Origin: Eremomyces bilateralis CBS 781.70
Lineage: Eukaryota
NCBI GenBank assembly: GCA_010015585.1
Contig: ML975153.1
Direction: 5' to 3' (one strand)
DNA: 64,000 bases
Shown: one piece after another, positions 60,013-64,000 of the stretch
Layout of the letters: each line of letters starts with the position of its first letter
Numbering within the stretch: the stretch's first letter is position 1
The notes under the pieces: generated by a model
Seen by the model: the letters and a program-made list of their open reading frames with translations, nothing else
Told to the model about the DNA's origin: nothing
Databases searched by the model: none
Translations under genes and position numbers: made by a program

Positions 60013-61890
60013 ATGGCTTCCTCAACAGGCTTTAAGATTCTTAACCTGCCCAGCGAGCTCGTCGTCCACATCCTGAGCTTCCTCGATCCCGAAGAGCTCG
60101 TCCAAGCAGCTAAGACCTGCCGACCGATGAACACCATTTCCAAAGACGACACCCTTTGGCTCCGCTTCCTCCGAAGCGACGCCCCCGACCTCGACCTCTC
60201 CACACCCACACCCGAAGCGACGTACCGCGACCTCTACCTCTCCCACCTCGGCCACTGGCACATCGCCCGCAACAAGATCTGGATATCCTCCAGCGAGCCG
60301 ACCGGAAAAGTCCTGCTCTCGCGCTACTCGCGCAGCCGCAATGTGATCGAGGCCTACGGGCTCAGCGCGGAGCAAGGGCCGCACGACGTGGTCTTCTGGC
60401 AAGGAAACACGCCCAACGTGATAATGCACAGCTTCAACCCGACCGTGTCGCTGGACGTGAGCACGCCGATTATGAAGTTGGATCCGTGGATGCGGTGGAG
60501 GCCGCCGAAGACGCCGCCTGTAATCGCGGAGACGGAGGAGGGGGAGTTGGATCGGACGCAATGGGAGCCGTTTTGGCAGAAGGAGCTGCGCATGGATATC
60601 CCGTCGTTGATCGGGGCCGGGGGTACGGTGAACCATACGCTGCTTTTGACAAGTCGGTACCCAACCGATATTATTACGAACGTCTGGCCACCTAATTTGA
60701 TTCCGGCGCCGAAAGCGCAGCGAGTGCGGGTTTTTAGTCCCTCGAAGTTTAAGGATAAAGGTCACCGGCCGAAGAGACTAGCTGACCTATGCGAAAGTTC
60801 GTTCAGAGTCCGGAAATGGGCGGAGTTTGGAGGCAGACGGGATAGGGAGGGTGGAGGCACTTTCTCGTGGTTCCGGAATACTCACGGTATGCGAGTCCGA
60901 ACATGCATATCGCATGTCATTTGCTAACTGTGACTGCGCACGACTATCGAATCCTATCCCTGCTGAGCGACTGACGCATGAGTCAAGGAGATCTCTAGGA
61001 GTGCAAAGCTTGTTGGTCATAGTATACATGGCCATGGAGTCTCCTTTGTGACGTCGCCCATCGCCATTTTTGAATGCGTGCTGGCTTGAAATGTACGTCA
61101 CAAGCCATGACCGTCGGTCTTGCACTCCCAGCTACGTCACTCAGCAGACGTGGATTTGATATCGAGCGCGGCTTCTGCTACAGGCTCGTTTCCCGCAAAT
61201 CTCTACTCATCAGTATCGCTCCAGGGGTTCTCCCCGAACAACCGAATCGGCGAAGACGTCCACACCTTCGCAACGATGACTGAAGACACATATCTTCCGA
61301 CTGCCGCTAAACCGTATCAAGGCGTCTGGGTCGGAGATTACTCCGGCCACGGCTGCGAATTTTTGTTGATTATGCAATGGACGGAGGACGAGCTGGCCGA
61401 CGGTTCACGCCCGCTGCCGGAGAGGGCGCTGGAGGTCCTCGAAGAGGGCTCGACGATATCGGAAAATGAGGACTGGACAATAACCGAAAATGGGGATTCG
61501 ACGACATCGGGAAATGAGGACGCGGTCGATGACTCGCCGGAATTTCGCGTTCCCCCTTATCTGGGCTCCGATAGATCTCCCGTTGCCGGCCGCCTGGAAG
61601 CGGTGAAGCTCACCGGCGACGCCAATGTGCCGCGCGGCGAGTACACGTTCATCGCCCCGGACATCGGCGAGCACGGGACGATTCGGATTGCGGACGAGGA
61701 ACTGTTTCAAGGGGCGAGGTTCGTGAAGAGTGTCGGACACATTGCGTCGCATGGATTCCGAGAGGAGAAGTTCGTGGCGTCGCAGCTCATCTTGATCTCA
61801 GAAAACTTGCTGGCACAATATTGGGAATGCCTTGGGCATATTAGTCACTATAAACGGGTCGATATTGGGCGGTTCTCGGAGGCCGATTGA
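60013..61890 (+). CDS. F-box protein
   Basis: N-terminal F-box ILNLPSELVVHILSFL..AKTCR..DDTLW. C-terminal KPYQGVWVGDYSGHGCEFL and LEAVKLTGDANVPRGE. A 297-nt intron 60887-61183 restores the frame. Confidence 0.88.
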
Positions 61891-61931
61891 GAGAACGGAT
61901 GAATGCCATGGGAGACTCATCCCGCTGCTCT

Positions 61932-63638
61932 TTAGGTCGCGATCCAGGCTTTGACTTCCTTCACACTCGCCATAAGCAGTGGAACGGCGACTGGGCCGAG
62001 CAGTGGCATGTACACTGCAACCTTGTGTTCATCCGGGAAGTAAACCTGGCCCACCATGCTTCGCTCAAAGAACGCTTTTTCAGCCTCAAACTCTGCTGTT
62101 CGAGAGTGCTCCAGTGCCTTGTGGAACCGTCCGGCGCGCAGCTCGTTGCAGGCAGAATCGAGGTGCTTGAGGGTGAGGGTGACGGAATGGAGTACACTAT
62201 TCGGTATCGCGATGGATTGCAAGGTGTCGGTTAGACGCGCGAGCGAGCCAAGGGTAGAGGATGCGGAGAAGATGAGCGATGCAGCATGGATGCGGGTAAG
62301 CGTGGAGATGCGAAGCGGAAGAGAGTGGGGAGACTCGGGCAGGCCTAGCAGCGACAGTAAATGCGATGAAAACGTTGCCATGGCGGATTCTAGGTCGGGC
62401 ATTGAGAGCATCGATGACCGTGATTCATGACCGTCCTGAGCTGAATGGTCTGTGTTAAGGATGAGTACGCTTCCCCATTGAGGTATAAGCCAGCTTGAGG
62501 CACCACTGCCTTCGACCACCAACGGCTGTTTACCCGCTTCGGGCACGTATACAACGAAGTTGATGGTCGGTCCAGCTCCGATACTAGGACTGAGGGGCCA
62601 TTCAGCGGCATTAATGAACCCACTCAAGTCCTCATTTCGAAGGATCCAGGCGCCCTTTTCTACGTCAAACTGGGGTTCGCGGATTGAGCGTGCCAACGTT
62701 GCGTAGAGTTGCACTTGAGTGTCGACCGTGAAATTACTAATGGATGAGAGTGTAGCAAGCAAAGGTGAAATGTACTCCTCCAAAGCTTTCTCGATCTCCC
62801 AAGAGGATGGAGTGGCCGTCGGTGTGAAGAGGGAAAAGGTGAGATGGTATGTCGGAGCATACTTGAATGCTCGATTATTGCGACGAGCAATGAGCTCTGC
62901 TGACTGCTGTGAGATTGCCTTCCTTTGCATATTCTCAAGAGCAGGCTGAGATGCGAAAAGAGCAGAAAGCATGGTTTGCTCGGCCTCGAAAGTCTTTTGC
63001 AATTCATGGGCTATAAATGTAGCCAAGGGGGAGGAGGTAGATGTTGTCGATGGCATTTGGGCCGATGAAAAGTATACCTCGAGTGTCGGCTCATGCTGGA
63101 GAAGGACCGCTCGCGGAGAAGCCGCTTCATCTTCAGGTTTCAATCGGAGTATCATTGTCTCACGATTCTCGTCCTGGGTAATCGAAGCCGAGCCAGGGGG
63201 TTGCGAGTCTTGGGCGAGTCGGAGATGGTGAGCGGCGAATTCGTTCATGTCATCCAAGTAATGCTGAGTTGTTCGAATCAGGTGTTCGACGTCCGATGCA
63301 GGCAGATTAGGAGCCTCCACGGATATGCTGAGAGGGAACACTGGCTTGCAGATCTATTTATCGATTTAGGGTCAACAGTGTCCTTCGATGATCTGGCTAT
63401 GAAGGATTACCTTGCCGTCTGCCCAGTCGTGCATCTCCCTCAGCGGAAGGCTCGCACGGTATATATTCGTCGTTTTCCACCATGCTGGAAGCCCGAAGAG
63501 GATCACAATGGCCCAGAATGACGCGACAACCGCCCTTCGGACATTAATAGAAGATGTGGCTTCTGGAGGAGGCTTCTTCGTTCCGCTTGGGTACGCCTCG
63601 GCGGCCGCTAACTTTGAGGATTCCGAGCCCGTCGGCAT
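61932..63638 (-). CDS. GPI17: GPI transamidase subunit PIG-S
   Basis: N-terminal TM FWAIVILFGLPAWWKTTNIYRASLP, FINAAEWPL, LIPQWG, AEKAFFERSMVGQVYFPDEHKVAVYMPLLGP. One intron. Confidence 0.93.
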
Positions 63639-64000
63639 GACTAGCTGAAGGAAGGATATTTGTTTTGAGGATGGAGAGTTCCACCCACATTCAGGTCCCG
63701 TTATCGTTTCCGGAGACGGAGATGTGTCGTTTTGAAGCTTGAACTTTGTAAACAGGGAAAGTCTGGGATTGGACGGATGGAGCGCCGACAGCTTGATGGA
63801 CCCCTGGCAGACAGAGGTGCGGCACAGCCACTCCTGAGAAATTCTTTAGCCACAAATACCTCTATAGGACTGTGGAGATCCACGCGTCAGCACATCCGGA
63901 ATTCCAGATGCATCAATAACACAATAGGTGATGATTTAACTCTGTTATTCAGTATATAAATTCGCACATGGTCAGGGAAAGGTGATTATATTATAAGCGT

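Overview
Intron-rich filamentous ascomycete (Pezizomycotina) genomic DNA with about 22 protein-coding genes, one of them 5'-partial. Intron signals are GTRNGY donors, CTRAY branch sites and YAG acceptors. Housekeeping genes include DNA2, PIG-S/GPI17, a mitochondrial oxodicarboxylate carrier, an Iec1-like C2H2 protein, an ADAL-like deaminase, PHD, G-patch and F-box proteins, an SDR and an AKR. Accessory genes include three PTH11-like membrane proteins and two secreted FAD oxidoreductases. Main highlights: (1) a compact C2H2 TF / MFS permease / cytochrome P450 cluster whose P450 is soluble, bacterial-looking and lacks the I-helix acid-Thr pair; (2) a ~270-nt rod-like hairpin in a 4.5-kb gene-free interval; (3) a 360-bp MITE with TIRs, a 3-bp TSD and an internal palindrome; (4) a FAD-oxidoreductase -> PTH11-like tandem that occurs twice; (5) a candidate poison exon in the F-box gene; (6) a C2H2 pseudogene with RIP-like lesions. 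All gene models and family calls come from manual reading and motif recognition; no searches or folding were run.
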